From Eledone cirrhosa (lineage: Eukaryota), in the NCBI GenBank assembly GCA_964016885.1, contig OZ024744.1, forward strand, positions 30,566,001 through 30,630,000: DNA of 64,000 bases. Reading direction: 5' to 3'. The notes under the pieces were generated by a model, which saw only the letters and a list, made by a program, of their open reading frames with translations, was not told where the DNA came from and did not search any database. A program made the position numbers and the translations under genes. Shown here one piece after another: positions 29,780-44,700 of the stretch (positions are counted from its first letter, which is position 1; each line of letters starts with the position of its first letter).

Positions 29780-32700
29780 TGATGATTTCTAAAGAATGAA
29801 ATAGTTCTCGTCCTGTAGAATCTCATCTATATTAACATTTTTTGATACACAGATTCCTGATGATTTCTAAAGAATGAAACAGTTCTAGTCCTGTAGAATC
29901 TCATCTATATTAACATTTTTGGATAACCAGATTCCTGATGATTTCTAAAGAATGAAACAGTTCTAGTCCTTTAGAATCTCATCCATATTAAAATTTTTTG
30001 ATACCCAGATTCCTGATGATTTCTAAAGAATGAAACAGTTCTAGTCCTGTAGAATCTCATGTATATTAAAATTTTTTGATACCCAGATTCCTGATGATTT
30101 CTAAAGAATGACACAGTTCTAGTCCTCGAGAATCTCAGCTATACAAAAATTTTTTGATACCCAGATTCCTGGTGATTTCTAAAGAATGAAACAGTTCTAG
30201 TCCTGTAGAATCTCATCTATATTAAAAATTTTTGATACCCAGATTCCTGATGATTTCTAAAGAATGAAGCAGTTCTAGTCATGTAGAATCTCATATATAT
30301 TAACATTTTTTGACACCCAGATTCCTGATGATTTCTAAAGAATGAAACAGTCCTAGTCGTGTAGAATCTCATCTATATTAAACATTTGTGATTCCCAGAT
30401 TCCTGATGATTTCTAAAGAATGAAACAGTTCTCGTCCTGTAGAATCTCATCTATATCAAAAAATTTTGATACCCAGATTCCTGATGTTTTCTAAAGAATG
30501 AAACAGTTCTAGTCCTGTAGAATATCATCTATATTAAAATTTTTTGATACCCAGTTTCCTGATGATTTCTAATGAATGAAACAGTTCTAGTCCTGTAGAA
30601 TCTCATCTATATTAACATTTTTTGACACCCAGATTCCTGATGATTTCTAAAGAATGAAACAGTTGTAGTTCAGTAGAATCTCATCTATATTAACACTTTT
30701 TGATACCCAGATTCCTGATGATTTCTAAAGAATGAAGCAGTTCTAGTCCTGTAGAATCTCATATATATTAACATTTTTTGACACCCAGATTCCTGATGAT
30801 TTCTAAAGAATGAAACAGTTCTAGTCCTGTAGAATATCATCTATATTAAAATTTTTTGATACCCAGTTTCCTGATGATTTCTAATGAATGAAACAGTTCT
30901 AGACCTGTAGAATCTCATGTATATTAAAATTTTTTGATACCCAGATTCCTGATGATTTCTAAAGAATGAAACAGTTCTAGTCCTGTAGAATCTCATCTAT
31001 ATAAATATTTTTTGATACCCCACAGATTCCTGATGATTTCTAAAGAATGAAACAGTTCTAGTCCTGTAGAATCTCATCTATATTAACATTTTTTGATACC
31101 CAGATTCCCAATATTTCTAAAGAATGAAACGGTTCTAGTCCTGTAGAATCTCATCTATATTAAAAATGTTTGATACCCAGATTCCTGATGATTTCTAAAG
31201 AATGAAACAGTACTAGTCCTGTAGAATCTCATCTATATTAAAATTTGTTGATACCCAGATTCCTGATGATTTCTAAAGAATGAAACAGTTCTAGTCCTCT
31301 AGAATCTCATCTATATTAACATTTTTTGACGCCCAGAATCCTGATGATTTCTAAAGAATGAAACAGTTCTAGTCCTGTAGAATCTCATGTATATTAAAAT
31401 TTTTGGATACACAGATTCCTGATGATTTCTAAAGAATGAAACAGTTCTAGTCCTTTAGAATCTCATCCATATTAAAATGTTTTGATACACAGATTCCTGA
31501 TGATTTCTAAAGAATGAAACAGTTCTAGTCCTGTAGAATCTCATCTATATTAACATTTTTTGATACCCAGATTCCTGATGATTTCTAAAGAATGAAACAG
31601 TTCTAGTCCTGTAGAATCTCATCTATACTAACATTTTTTGATACCCAGATTCCTGGTGATTTCTAAAGAATGAAACAGTTCTAGTCCTGTAGAATCTCAT
31701 CTATATTAAACATTTTTGATACCCAGATTCCTGATGATTTCTAAAGAATGAAACAGTTCTAGTCCTGTAGAATCTCATCTATATTAAAACTTTTGATACC
31801 CAGATTCCTGATGATTTCTAAAGAATGAAACAGTTCTAGTCCTGTAGAATCTCATCTATATTAACATTTTTGGATACCCAGATTCCTGATGATTTCTAAA
31901 GAATGAAACAGTTCTAGTCCTGTATAATCTCATGTATATTAAAAATGTTTGATACCCAGATTGCTGATGATTTCTAAAGAATGAAACAGTTCTAGTCCTG
32001 TAGAATCTCATCTATATTAAAATTTGTTGATACCCAGATTCCTGATGATTTCTAAAGAATGAAACAGTTCTAGTCCTGTAGAATCTCATCTATATTAACA
32101 TTTTTTGATACCCAGATTCCTGCTGATTTCTAAAGAATGAAACAGTTCTAGTCCTTTAGAATCTCATGCATATTAAAATTTTTTGATGCCCAGATTCCTG
32201 ATAATTTCTAAAGAATGAAACAGTTCTAGTCCTGTAGAATCTCATCTATATTAAAATTTGTTGATACCCAGATTCCTCATAATTTCTAAAGAATGAAACA
32301 GTTCTAGTCCTGTAGAATCTCATCTATATTAAAAAATTTTGATACCCAGATTCCTGATGATTTCTAAAGAATGAAATAGTTCTCGTCCTGTAGAATCTCA
32401 TCTATATTAACATTTTTTGATACACAGATTCCTGATGATTTCTAAAGAATGAAACAGTTCTAGTCCTGTAGAATCTCATCTATATTAACATTTTTTGATA
32501 CCCAGATTCCTGATGATTTCTAAAGAATGAAACAGTTCTAGTCCTGTAGAATCTCATCTATATTAACATTTTTTGATACCCAGATGTCTGATGAATTCTA
32601 AAGAATGAAACAGTTCTAGTCCTGTAGAATCTCATCTATATTAATATTTTTTGAGACCCAGATGCCTGACGATTTCTAAAGAATGAAACAGTTCTAGTCC

Positions 32701-35700
32701 TCTAGAATCTCATCTATATTAACATTTTTTGACACACAGATTCCTGATGATTTCTAAAGAATGAAACAGTTCTAGTCCTGTAGAATCTCATCTATATTAA
32801 AAATTTTTGATACCCAGATTCCTGATGATTTCTAAAGAATGAAGCAGTTCTAGTCCTGTAGAATCTCATATATATTAACATTTTTTGACACCCAGATTCC
32901 TGATGATTTCTAAAGAATGAAACAGTCCTAGTCGTGTAGAATCTCATCTATATTAAACATTTGTGATTCCCAGATTCCTGATGATTTCTAAAGAATGAAA
33001 CAGTTCTCGTCCTGTAGAATCTCATCTATATTAAAAAATTTTGATACCCAGATTCCTGATGTTTTCTAAAGAATGAAACAGTTCTAGTCCTGTAGAATAT
33101 CATCTATATTAAAATTTTTTGATACCCAGTTTCCTGATGATTTCTAATGAATGAAACAGTTCTAGTCCTGTAGAATCTCATCTATATTAACATTTTTTGA
33201 CACCCAGATTCCTGATGATTTCTAAAGAATGAAACAGTTGTAGTTCAGTAGAATCTCATCTATATTAACACTTTTTGATACCCAGATTCCTGATGATTTC
33301 TAAAGAATGAAGCAGTTCTAGTCCTGTAGAATCTCATATATATTAACATTTTTTGACACCCAGATTCCTGATGATTTCTAAAGAATGAAACAGTTCTAGT
33401 CCTGTAGAATATCATCTATATTAAAATTTTTTGATACCCAGTTTCCTGATGATTTCTAATGAATGAAACAGTTCTAGACCTGTAGAATCTCATGTATATT
33501 AAAATTTTTTGATACCCAGATTCCTGATGATTTCTAAAGAATGAAACAGTTCTAGTCCTGTAGAATCTCATCTATATAAATATTTTTTGATACCCCACAG
33601 ATTCCTGATGATTTCTAAAGAATGAAACAGTTCTAGTCCTGTAGAATCTCATCTATATAAACATTTTTTGATACCCAGATTCCTGATGATTTCTAAAGGA
33701 TGAAACAGTTCTAGTCCTGTAGAATCTCATCTACATTAAAACTTTTGATACCCAGATTCCTGATGATTTCTAAAAAATGAAACAGTTCTAGTCCTGTAGA
33801 ATCTCATCTATAATAAAATTTTTTGATACCCAGATTCCTGATAATTTCTAAAGAATGAAACAGTTCTAGTCCTGTAGAATCTCAACTATATTAAAATTTT
33901 TTGATACCCAGATTCCTGATGATTTCTAAAGAATGAAACAGTTCTAGTCCTGTAGAATATCATCTATATTAACATTTTTTGATACCCAGATTCCTGATGA
34001 TTTCCAAAGAATGAAACAGTTCTAGTCCTGTAGAATCTCATCTATATTAAAATTTGTTGATACCCAGATTCCTGATGATTTCTAAAGAATGAAACAGTTC
34101 TAGTCCTGTAGAATCTCATCTATATTAAAATTATTTGATACCCAGATTTCTGATAATTTCTAAAGAATGAAACAGTTCTAGTCCTGTAGAATCTCATCTA
34201 TATTAACATTTTTTGATACCCAGATTCCTGATGATTTCTAAAGAATGAAACAGTTCTAGTCCTGTAGAATCTCATCTATATTCAAAATGTTTGATACCCA
34301 GATTGCTGATGATTTCTAAAGAATGAAACAGTTCTAGTCCTGTAGAATCTCATCTATATTAAAATTTGTTGATTCCCAGATTCCTGATGATTTCTAAAGA
34401 ATGAAACAGTTCTAGTCCTGTAGAATCTTATCTATATTAAAATTTTTTTGATACCCAGATTCCTGATGATTTCTAAAGAATGAAACAGTTCTAGTCCTGT
34501 AGAATCTCATCTATATTAACATTTTTTGATACCCAGATTCCTGATGATTTCTAAAGAATGAAACAGTTCTAGTCCTTTAGAATCTCATGCATATTAAAAT
34601 TTTTTGATGCCCAGAGTCCTAATAATTTCTAAAGAATGAAACAGTTCTAGTCCTGTAGAATCTCATCTATATTAAAATTTTTTGATACCCAGATTCCTCA
34701 TAATTTCTAAAGAATGAAACAGTTCTAGTCCTGTAGAATCTCATCTATATTAAAAAATTTTGCTACCCAGATTCCTGATGATTTCTAAAGAATGAAATAG
34801 TTCTCGTCCTGTAGAATCTCATCTATATTAACATTTTTTGATACACAGATTCCTGATGATTTCGAAAGAATGAAACAGTTCTAGTCCTGTAGAATCTCAT
34901 CTATATTAACATTTTTTGATACCCAGATTCCTGATGATTTCTAAAGAATGAAACAGTTCTAGTCCTCTAGAATCTCATCTATATTAACATTTTTTGACAC
35001 ACAGATTCCTGATGATTTCTAAAGAATGAAACAGTTCTATTCCTGTAGAATCTCATCTATACTAAAAAATTTTGATACCCAGATTCCTGGTGATTTCAAA
35101 AGAATGAAACAGTTCTAGTCCTCTAGAATCTCATCTATATTAACATTTTTTGACACCCAGATTCCTGATGATTTCTAAAGAATGAAACAGTTCTAGTCCT
35201 GTAGAATCTCATCTATATTAAAATTTTTGGATACCCAGATTCCTGATGATTTCTAAAGAATGAAACAGTTCTAGTCCTTTAGAATCTCATCCATATTAAA
35301 ATTTTTTGATACCCAGATTCCTGATGATTTCTAAAGAATGAAACAGTTCTAGTCCTGTAGAATCTCATGTATATTAAAATTTTTTGATACCCAGATTCCT
35401 GATGATTTCTAAAGAATGAAACAGTTCTAGTCCTCGAGAATCTCAGCTATACAAAAATTTTTTGATACCCAGATTCCTGGTGATTTCTAAAGAATGAAAC
35501 AGTTCTAGTCCTGTAGAATCTCATCTATATTAAAAATTTTTGATACCCAGATTCCTGATGATTTCTAAAGAATGAAGCAGTTCTAGTCCTGTAGAACCTC
35601 ATCTATATTAACATTTTTTGATACCCAGATTCCTGATGATTTCTAAAGAATGAAACAGTTCTAGTCCTGTAGAATCTCATATATATTAACATTTTTTGAC

Positions 35701-35780
35701 ACCCAGATTCCTGATGATTTCTAAAGGATGAAACAGTTCTAGTCCTGTAGAATCTCATCTATATTAAAACTTTTGATACC
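29780..35780. repeat. Dispersed ~6-kb copy of ~15045-21040 (offset 14737 bp)
   Basis: The private variant CCCAATATTTC lies at ~16370 and ~31107. ATAGTTCTCG lies at 15064/29801, and GG markers at 18961/33698 and 20989/35726. Confidence 0.9.
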
Positions 35781-38700
35781 CAGATTCCTGATGATTTCTA
35801 AAAAATGAAACAGTTCTAGTCCTGTAGAATCTCATCTATATTAAAATTTTTTGATACCCAGATTCCTGATAATTTCTAAAGAATGAAACAGTTCTAGTCC
35901 TGTAGAATCTCATCTATATTAACATTTTTTGATACCCAGATTCCTGATGATTTCCAAAGAATGAAATAGTTCTAGTCCTGTAGAATCTCATCTATATTAA
36001 AATTTGTTGATACCCAGATTCCTGATGATTTCTAAAGAATGAAACAGTTCTAGTCCTCTAGAATCTCATCTATATTAACATTTTTTGACACACAGATTCC
36101 TGATGATTTCTAAAGAATGAAACAGTTCTATTCCTGTAGAATCTCATCTATACTAAAAAATTTTGATACCCAGATTCCTGGTGATTTCAAAAGAATGAAA
36201 CAGTTCTAGTCCTCTAGAATCTCATCTATATTAACATTTTTTGACACCCAGATTCCTGATGATTTCTAAAGAATGAAACAGTTCTAGTCCTGTAGAATCT
36301 CATCTATATTAAAATTTTTGGATACCCAGATTCCTGATGATTTCTAAAGAATGAAACAGTTCTAGTCCTTTAGAATCTCATCCATATTAAAATTTTTTGA
36401 TACCCAGATTCCTGATGATTTCTAAAGAATGAAACAGTTCTAGTCCTGTAGAATCTCATGTATATTAAAATTTTTTGATACCCAGATTCCTGATGATTTC
36501 TAAAGAATGAAACAGTTCTAGTCCTCGAGAATCTCAGCTATACAAAAATTTTTTGATACCCAGATTCCTGGTGATTTCTAAAGAATGAAACAGTTCTAGT
36601 CCTGTAGAATCTCATCTATATTAAAAATTTTTGATACCCAGATTCCTGATGATTTCTAAAGAATGAAGCAGTTCTAGTCCTGTAGAACCTCATCTATATT
36701 AACATTTTTTGATACCCAGATTCCTGATGATTTCTAAAGAATGAAACAGTTCTAGTCCTGTAGAATCTCATATATATTAACATTTTTTGACACCCAGATT
36801 CCTGATGATTTCTAAAGGATGAAACAGTTCTAGTCCTGTAGAATCTCATCTATATTAAAACTTTTGATACCCAGATTCCTGATGATTTCTAAAAAATGAA
36901 ACAGTTCTAGTCCTGTAGAATCTCATCTATATTAAAATTTTTTGATACCCAGATTCCTGATAATTTCTAAAGAATGAAACAGTTCTAGTCCTGTAGAATC
37001 TCATCTATATTAACATTTTTTGATACCCAGATTCCTGATGATTTCCAAAGAATGAAATAGTTCTAGTCCTGTAGAATCTCATCTATATTAAAATTTGTTG
37101 ATACCCAGATTCCTGATGATTTCTAAAGAATGAAACAGTTCTAGTCCTGTAGAATCTCATCTATATTAAAATTTTTTGATACCCATATTTCTGATAATTT
37201 CTAAAGAATGAAACAGTTCTAGTCCTGTAGAATCTCATCTATATTAACATTTTTTGATACCCAGATTCCTGATGATTTCTAAAGAATGAAACAGTTCTAG
37301 TCCTGTAGAATCTCATCTATATTAAAAATGTTTGATACCCAGATTGCTGATGATTTCTAAAGAATGAAACAGTTCTAGTCCTGTAGAATCTCATCTATAT
37401 TAAAATTTGTTGATACCAGATTCCTGATGATTTCTAAAGAATGAAACAGTTCTAGTCCTGTAGAATCTCATCTATATTAACATTTTTTGATACCCAGATG
37501 TCTGATGAATTCTAAAGAATGAAACAGTTCTAGTCCTGTAGAATCTCATCTATATTAAATTTTGAGAACCAGATTCCTGACGATTTCTAAAGAATGAAAC
37601 AGTTCTAGTCCTGTAGAATCTCATCTATATAAACATTTTTTGATACCCAGATTCCTGATGATTTCTAAAGAATGAAACAGTTCTAGTCCTGTAGAATCTC
37701 ATCTATATTAACATTTTTTGATACCCAGATTCCTGATGATTTCTAAAGAATGAAACAGTTCTAGTCCTGTATAATCTCATGTATATTAAAAATGTTTGAT
37801 ACCCAGATTGCTGATGATTTCTAAAGAATGAAACAGTTCTAGTCCTGTAGAATCTCATCTATATTAAAATTTGTTGATACCCAGATTCCTGATGATTTCT
37901 AAAGAATGAAACAGTTCTAGTCCTGTAGAATCTCATCTATATTAAAATTTGTTTGATACCCAGATTCCTGATGATTTCTAAAGAATGAAACAGTTCTAGT
38001 CCTGTAGAATCTCATCTATATTAACATTTTTTGATACCCAGATTCCTGATGATTTCTAAAGAATGAAACAGTTCTAGTCCTTTAGAATCTCATGCATATT
38101 AAAATTTTTTGATGCCCAGATTCCTGATAATTTCTAAAGAATGAAACAGTTCTAGTCCTGTAGAATCTCATCTATATTAAAATTTTTTGATACCCAGATT
38201 CCTGATGATTTTTAAAGAATGAAACAGTTCTCGTCCTGTAGAATCTCATCTATATTAACATTTTTTGATACACAGATTCCTGATGATTTCTAAAGAATGA
38301 AACAGTTCTAGTCCTGTAGAATCTCATCTATATTAACATTTTTTGATACCCAGATTCCTGATGATTTCTAAAGAATGAAACAGTTCTAGTCCTGTAGAAT
38401 CTCATCTATATTAATATTTTTTGAGACCCAGATGCCTGACGATTTCTAAAGAATGAAACAGTTCTAGTCCTCTAGAATCTCATCTATATTAACATTTTTT
38501 GACACACAGATTCCTGATGATTTCTAAAGAATGAAACAGTTCTAGTCCTGTAGAATCTCATCCATATTAAAATTTTTGGATACCCAGATTCCTGATGATT
38601 TCTAAAGAATGAAACAGTTCTAGTCCTCGAGAATCTCAGCTATACAAAAATTTTTTGATACCCAGATTCCTGATGATTTCTAAAGAATGAAACAGTTCTA

Positions 38701-41700
38701 GTCCTTTAGAATCTCATCCATATTAAAATTATTTGATACCCAGATTACTGATGATTTCTAAAGAATGAAACAGTTCTAGTCCTGTAGAATCTCATCTATA
38801 TTAAAATTTTTGGATACCCAGATTCCTGATGATTTCTAAAGAATGAAACAGTTCTAGTCCTTTAGAATCTCATCCATATTAAAATTTTTTGATACCCAGA
38901 TTCCTGATGATTTCTAAAGAATGAAACAGTTCTAGTCCTGTAGAATCTCATGTATATTAACATTTTTTGATACCCAGATTCCTGATGATTTCTAAAGAAT
39001 GAAACAGTTCTAGTCCTGTAGAATCTCATATATATTAACATTTTTTGACACCCAGATTCCTGATGATTTCTAAAGAATGAAACAGTCCTAGTCGTGTAGA
39101 ATCTCATCTATATTAAACATTTGTGATTCCCAGATTCCTGATGATTTCTAAAGAATGAAACAGTTCTCGTCCTGTAGAATCTCATCTATATTAAAAAATT
39201 TTGATACCCAGATTCCTGATGTTTTCTAAAGAATGAAACAGTTCTAGTCCTGTAGAATATCATCTATATTAAAATTTTTTGATACCCAGTTTCCTGATGA
39301 TTTCTAATGCATGAAACAGTTCTAGTCCTGTAGAATCTCATCTATATTAACATTTTTTGACACCCAGATTCCTGATGATTTCTAACGAGTGAAACAGTTC
39401 CAGTCCTGTAGAATCTCATCTATATCAAAATTTTTTGACACCCAGATTCCTGATGATTTCTAAAGAATGAAACAGTTGTAGTTCAGTAGAATCTCATCTA
39501 TATTAACACTTTTTGATACCCAGATTCATGATGATTTCTAAAGAATGAAACAGTTCTAGTCCTGTAGAATCTCATATATATTAACATTTTTTGACACCCA
39601 GATTCCTGATGATTTCTAAAGAATGAAACAGTCCTAGTCGTGTAGAATCTCATCTATATTAAACATTTGTGATTCCCAGATTCCTGATGATTTCTAAAGA
39701 ATGAAACAGTTCTCGTCCTGTAGAATCTCATCTATATTAAACAATTTTGATACCCAGATTCATGATGATTTCTAAAGAATGAAACAGTTCTAGTCCTGTA
39801 GAATCTCATCTATATTAACATTTTTTGATACCCAGATGTCTGATGAATTCTAAAGAATGAAACAGTTCTAGTCCTGTAGAATCTCATCTATATTAATATT
39901 TTTTGAGACCCAGATGCCTGACGATTTCTAAAGAATGAAACAGTTCTAGTCCTCTAGAATCTCATCTATATTAACATTTTTTGACACACAGATTCCTGAT
40001 GATTTCTAAAGAATGAAACAGTTCTAGTCCTGTAGAATCTCATCTATATTAAAAATTTTTGATACCCAGATTCCTGATGATTTCTAAAGAATGAAGCAGT
40101 TCTAGTCCTGTAGAATCTCATATATATTAACATTTTTTGACACCCAGATTCCTGATGATTTCTAAAGAATGAAACAGTCCTAGTCGTGTAGAATCTCATC
40201 TATATTAAACATTTGTGATTCCCAGATTCCTGATGATTTCTAAAGAATGAAACAGTTCTCGTCCTGTAGAATCTCATCTATATTAAAAAATTTTGATACC
40301 CAGATTCCTGATGTTTTCTAAAGAATGAAACAGTTCTAGTCCTGTAGAATATCATCTATATTAAAATTTTTTGATACCCAGTTTCCTGATGATTTCTAAT
40401 GAATGAAACAGTTCTAGTCCTGTAGAATCTCATCTATATTAACATTTTTTGACACCCAGATTCCTGATGATTTCTAAAGAATGAAACAGTTGTAGTTCAG
40501 TAGAATCTCATCTATATTAACACTTTTTGATACCCAGATTCCTGATGATTTCTAAAGAATGAAGCAGTTCTAGTCCTGTAGAATCTCATATATATTAACA
40601 TTTTTTGACACCCAGATTCCTGATGATTTCTAAAGAATGAAACAGTTCTAGTCCTGTAGAATATCATCTATATTAAAATTTTTTGATACCCAGTTTCCTG
40701 ATGATTTCTAATGAATGAAACAGTTCTAGACCTGTAGAATCTCATGTATATTAAAATTTTTTGATACCCAGATTCCTGATGATTTCTAAAGAATGAAACA
40801 GTTCTAGTCCTGTAGAATCTCATCTATATAAATATTTTTTGATACCCCACAGATTCCTGATGATTTCTAAAGAATGAAACAGTTCTAGTCCTGTAGAATC
40901 TCATCTATATAAACATTTTTTGATACCCAGATTCCTGATGATTTCTAAAGGATGAAACAGTTCTAGTCCTGTAGAATCTCATCTACATTAAAACTTTTGA
41001 TACCCAGATTCCTGATGATTTCTAAAAAATGAAACAGTTCTAGTCCTGTAGAATCTCATCTATAATAAAATTTTTTGATACCCAGATTCCTGATAATTTC
41101 TAAAGAATGAAACAGTTCTAGTCCTGTAGAATCTCAACTATATTAAAATTTTTTGATACCCAGATTCCTGATGATTTCTAAAGAATGAAACAGTTCTAGT
41201 CCTGTAGAATATCATCTATATTAACATTTTTTGATACCCAGATTCCTGATGATTTCCAAAGAATGAAACAGTTCTAGTCCTGTAGAATCTCATCTATATT
41301 AAAATTTGTTGATACCCAGATTCCTGATGATTTCTAAAGAATGAAACAGTTCTAGTCCTGTAGAATCTCATCTATATTAAAATTATTTGATACCCAGATT
41401 TCTGATAATTTCTAAAGAATGAAACAGTTCTAGTCCTGTAGAATCTCATCTATATTAACATTTTTTGATACCCAGATTCCTGATGATTTCTAAAGAATGA
41501 AACAGTTCTAGTCCTGTAGAATCTCATCTATATTCAAAATGTTTGATACCCAGATTGCTGATGATTTCTAAAGAATGAAACAGTTCTAGTCCTGTAGAAT
41601 CTCATCTATATTAAAATTTGTTGATTCCCAGATTCCTGATGATTTCTAAAGAATGAAACAGTTCTAGTCCTGTAGAATCTTATCTATATTAAAATTTTTT

Positions 41701-44700
41701 TGATACCCAGATTCCTGATGATTTCTAAAGAATGAAACAGTTCTAGTCCTGTAGAATCTCATCTATATTAACATTTTTTGATACCCAGATTCCTGATGAT
41801 TTCTAAAGAATGAAACAGTTCTAGTCCTTTAGAATCTCATGCATATTAAAATTTTTTGATGCCCAGAGTCCTAATAATTTCTAAAGAATGAAACAGTTCT
41901 AGTCCTGTAGAATCTCATCTATATTAAAATTTTTTGATACCCAGATTCCTCATAATTTCTAAAGAATGAAACAGTTCTAGTCCTGTAGAATCTCATCTAT
42001 ATTAAAAAATTTTGCTACCCAGATTCCTGATGATTTCTAAAGAATGAAATAGTTCTCGTCCTGTAGAATCTCATCTATATTAACATTTTTTGATACACAG
42101 ATTCCTGATGATTTCGAAAGAATGAAACAGTTCTAGTCCTGTAGAATCTCATCTATATTAACATTTTTTGATACCCAGATTCCTGATGATTTCTAAAGAA
42201 TGAAACAGTTCTAGTCCTCTAGAATCTCATCTATATTAACATTTTTTGACACACAGATTCCTGATGATTTCTAAAGAATGAAACAGTTCTATTCCTGTAG
42301 AATCTCATCTATACTAAAAAATTTTGATACCCAGATTCCTGGTGATTTCAAAAGAATGAAACAGTTCTAGTCCTCTAGAATCTCATCTATATTAACATTT
42401 TTTGACACCCAGATTCCTGATGATTTCTAAAGAATGAAACAGTTCTAGTCCTGTAGAATCTCATCTATATTAAAATTTTTGGATACCCAGATTCCTGATG
42501 ATTTCTAAAGAATGAAACAGTTCTAGTCCTTTAGAATCTCATCCATATTAAAATTTTTTGATACCCAGATTCCTGATGATTTCTAAAGAATGAAACAGTT
42601 CTAGTCCTGTAGAATCTCATGTATATTAAAATTTTTTGATACCCAGATTCCTGATGATTTCTAAAGAATGAAACAGTTCTAGTCCTCGAGAATCTCAGCT
42701 ATACAAAAATTTTTTGATACCCAGATTCCTGGTGATTTCTAAAGAATGAAACAGTTCTAGTCCTGTAGAATCTCATCTATATTAAAAATTTTTGATACCC
42801 AGATTCCTGATGATTTCTAAAGAATGAAGCAGTTCTAGTCCTGTAGAACCTCATCTATATTAACATTTTTTGATACCCAGATTCCTGATGATTTCTAAAG
42901 AATGAAACAGTTCTAGTCCTGTAGAATCTCATATATATTAACATTTTTTGACACCCAGATTCCTGATGATTTCTAAAGGATGAAACAGTTCTAGTCCTGT
43001 AGAATCTCATCTATATTAAAACTTTTGATACCCAGATTCCTGATGATTTCTAAAAAATGAAACAGTTCTAGTCCTGTAGAATCTCATCTATATTAAAATT
43101 TTTTGATACCCAGATTCCTGATAATTTCTAAAGAATGAAACAGTTCTAGTCCTGTAGAATCTCATCTATATTAACATTTTTTGATACCCAGATTCCTGAT
43201 GATTTCCAAAGAATGAAATAGTTCTAGTCCTGTAGAATCTCATCTATATTAAAATTTGTTGATACCCAGATTCCTGATGATTTCTAAAGAATGAAACAGT
43301 TCTAGTCCTCTAGAATCTCATCTATATTAACATTTTTTGACACACAGATTCCTGATGATTTCTAAAGAATGAAACAGTTCTATTCCTGTAGAATCTCATC
43401 TATACTAAAAAATTTTGATACCCAGATTCCTGGTGATTTCAAAAGAATGAAACAGTTCTAGTCCTCTAGAATCTCATCTATATTAACATTTTTTGACACC
43501 CAGATTCCTGATGATTTCTAAAGAATGAAACAGTTCTAGTCCTGTAGAATCTCATCTATATTAAAATTTTTGGATACCCAGATTCCTGATGATTTCTAAA
43601 GAATGAAACAGTTCTAGTCCTTTAGAATCTCATCCATATTAAAATTTTTTGATACCCAGATTCCTGATGATTTCTAAAGAATGAAACAGTTCTAGTCCTG
43701 TAGAATCTCATGTATATTAAAATTTTTTGATACCCAGATTCCTGATGATTTCTAAAGAATGAAACAGTTCTAGTCCTCGAGAATCTCAGCTATACAAAAA
43801 TTTTTTGATACCCAGATTCCTGGTGATTTCTAAAGAATGAAACAGTTCTAGTCCTGTAGAATCTCATCTATATTAAAAATTTTTGATACCCAGATTCCTG
43901 ATGATTTCTAAAGAATGAAGCAGTTCTAGTCCTGTAGAACCTCATCTATATTAACATTTTTTGATACCCAGATTCCTGATGATTTCTAAAGAATGAAACA
44001 GTTCTAGTCCTGTAGAATCTCATATATATTAACATTTTTTGACACCCAGATTCCTGATGATTTCTAAAGGATGAAACAGTTCTAGTCCTGTAGAATCTCA
44101 TCTATATTAAAACTTTTGATACCCAGATTCCTGATGATTTCTAAAAAATGAAACAGTTCTAGTCCTGTAGAATCTCATCTATATTAAAATTTTTTGATAC
44201 CCAGATTCCTGATAATTTCTAAAGAATGAAACAGTTCTAGTCCTGTAGAATCTCATCTATATTAACATTTTTTGATACCCAGATTCCTGATGATTTCCAA
44301 AGAATGAAATAGTTCTAGTCCTGTAGAATCTCATCTATATTAAAATTTGTTGATACCCAGATTCCTGATGATTTCTAAAGAATGAAACAGTTCTAGTCCT
44401 GTAGAATCTCATCTATATTAAAATTTTTTGATACCCATATTTCTGATAATTTCTAAAGAATGAAACAGTTCTAGTCCTGTAGAATCTCATCTATATTAAC
44501 ATTTTTTGATACCCAGATTCCTGATGATTTCTAAAGAATGAAACAGTTCTAGTCCTGTAGAATCTCATCTATATTAAAAATGTTTGATACCCAGATTGCT
44601 GATGATTTCTAAAGAATGAAACAGTTCTAGTCCTGTAGAATCTCATCTATATTAAAATTTGTTGATACCAGATTCCTGATGATTTCTAAAGAATGAAACA

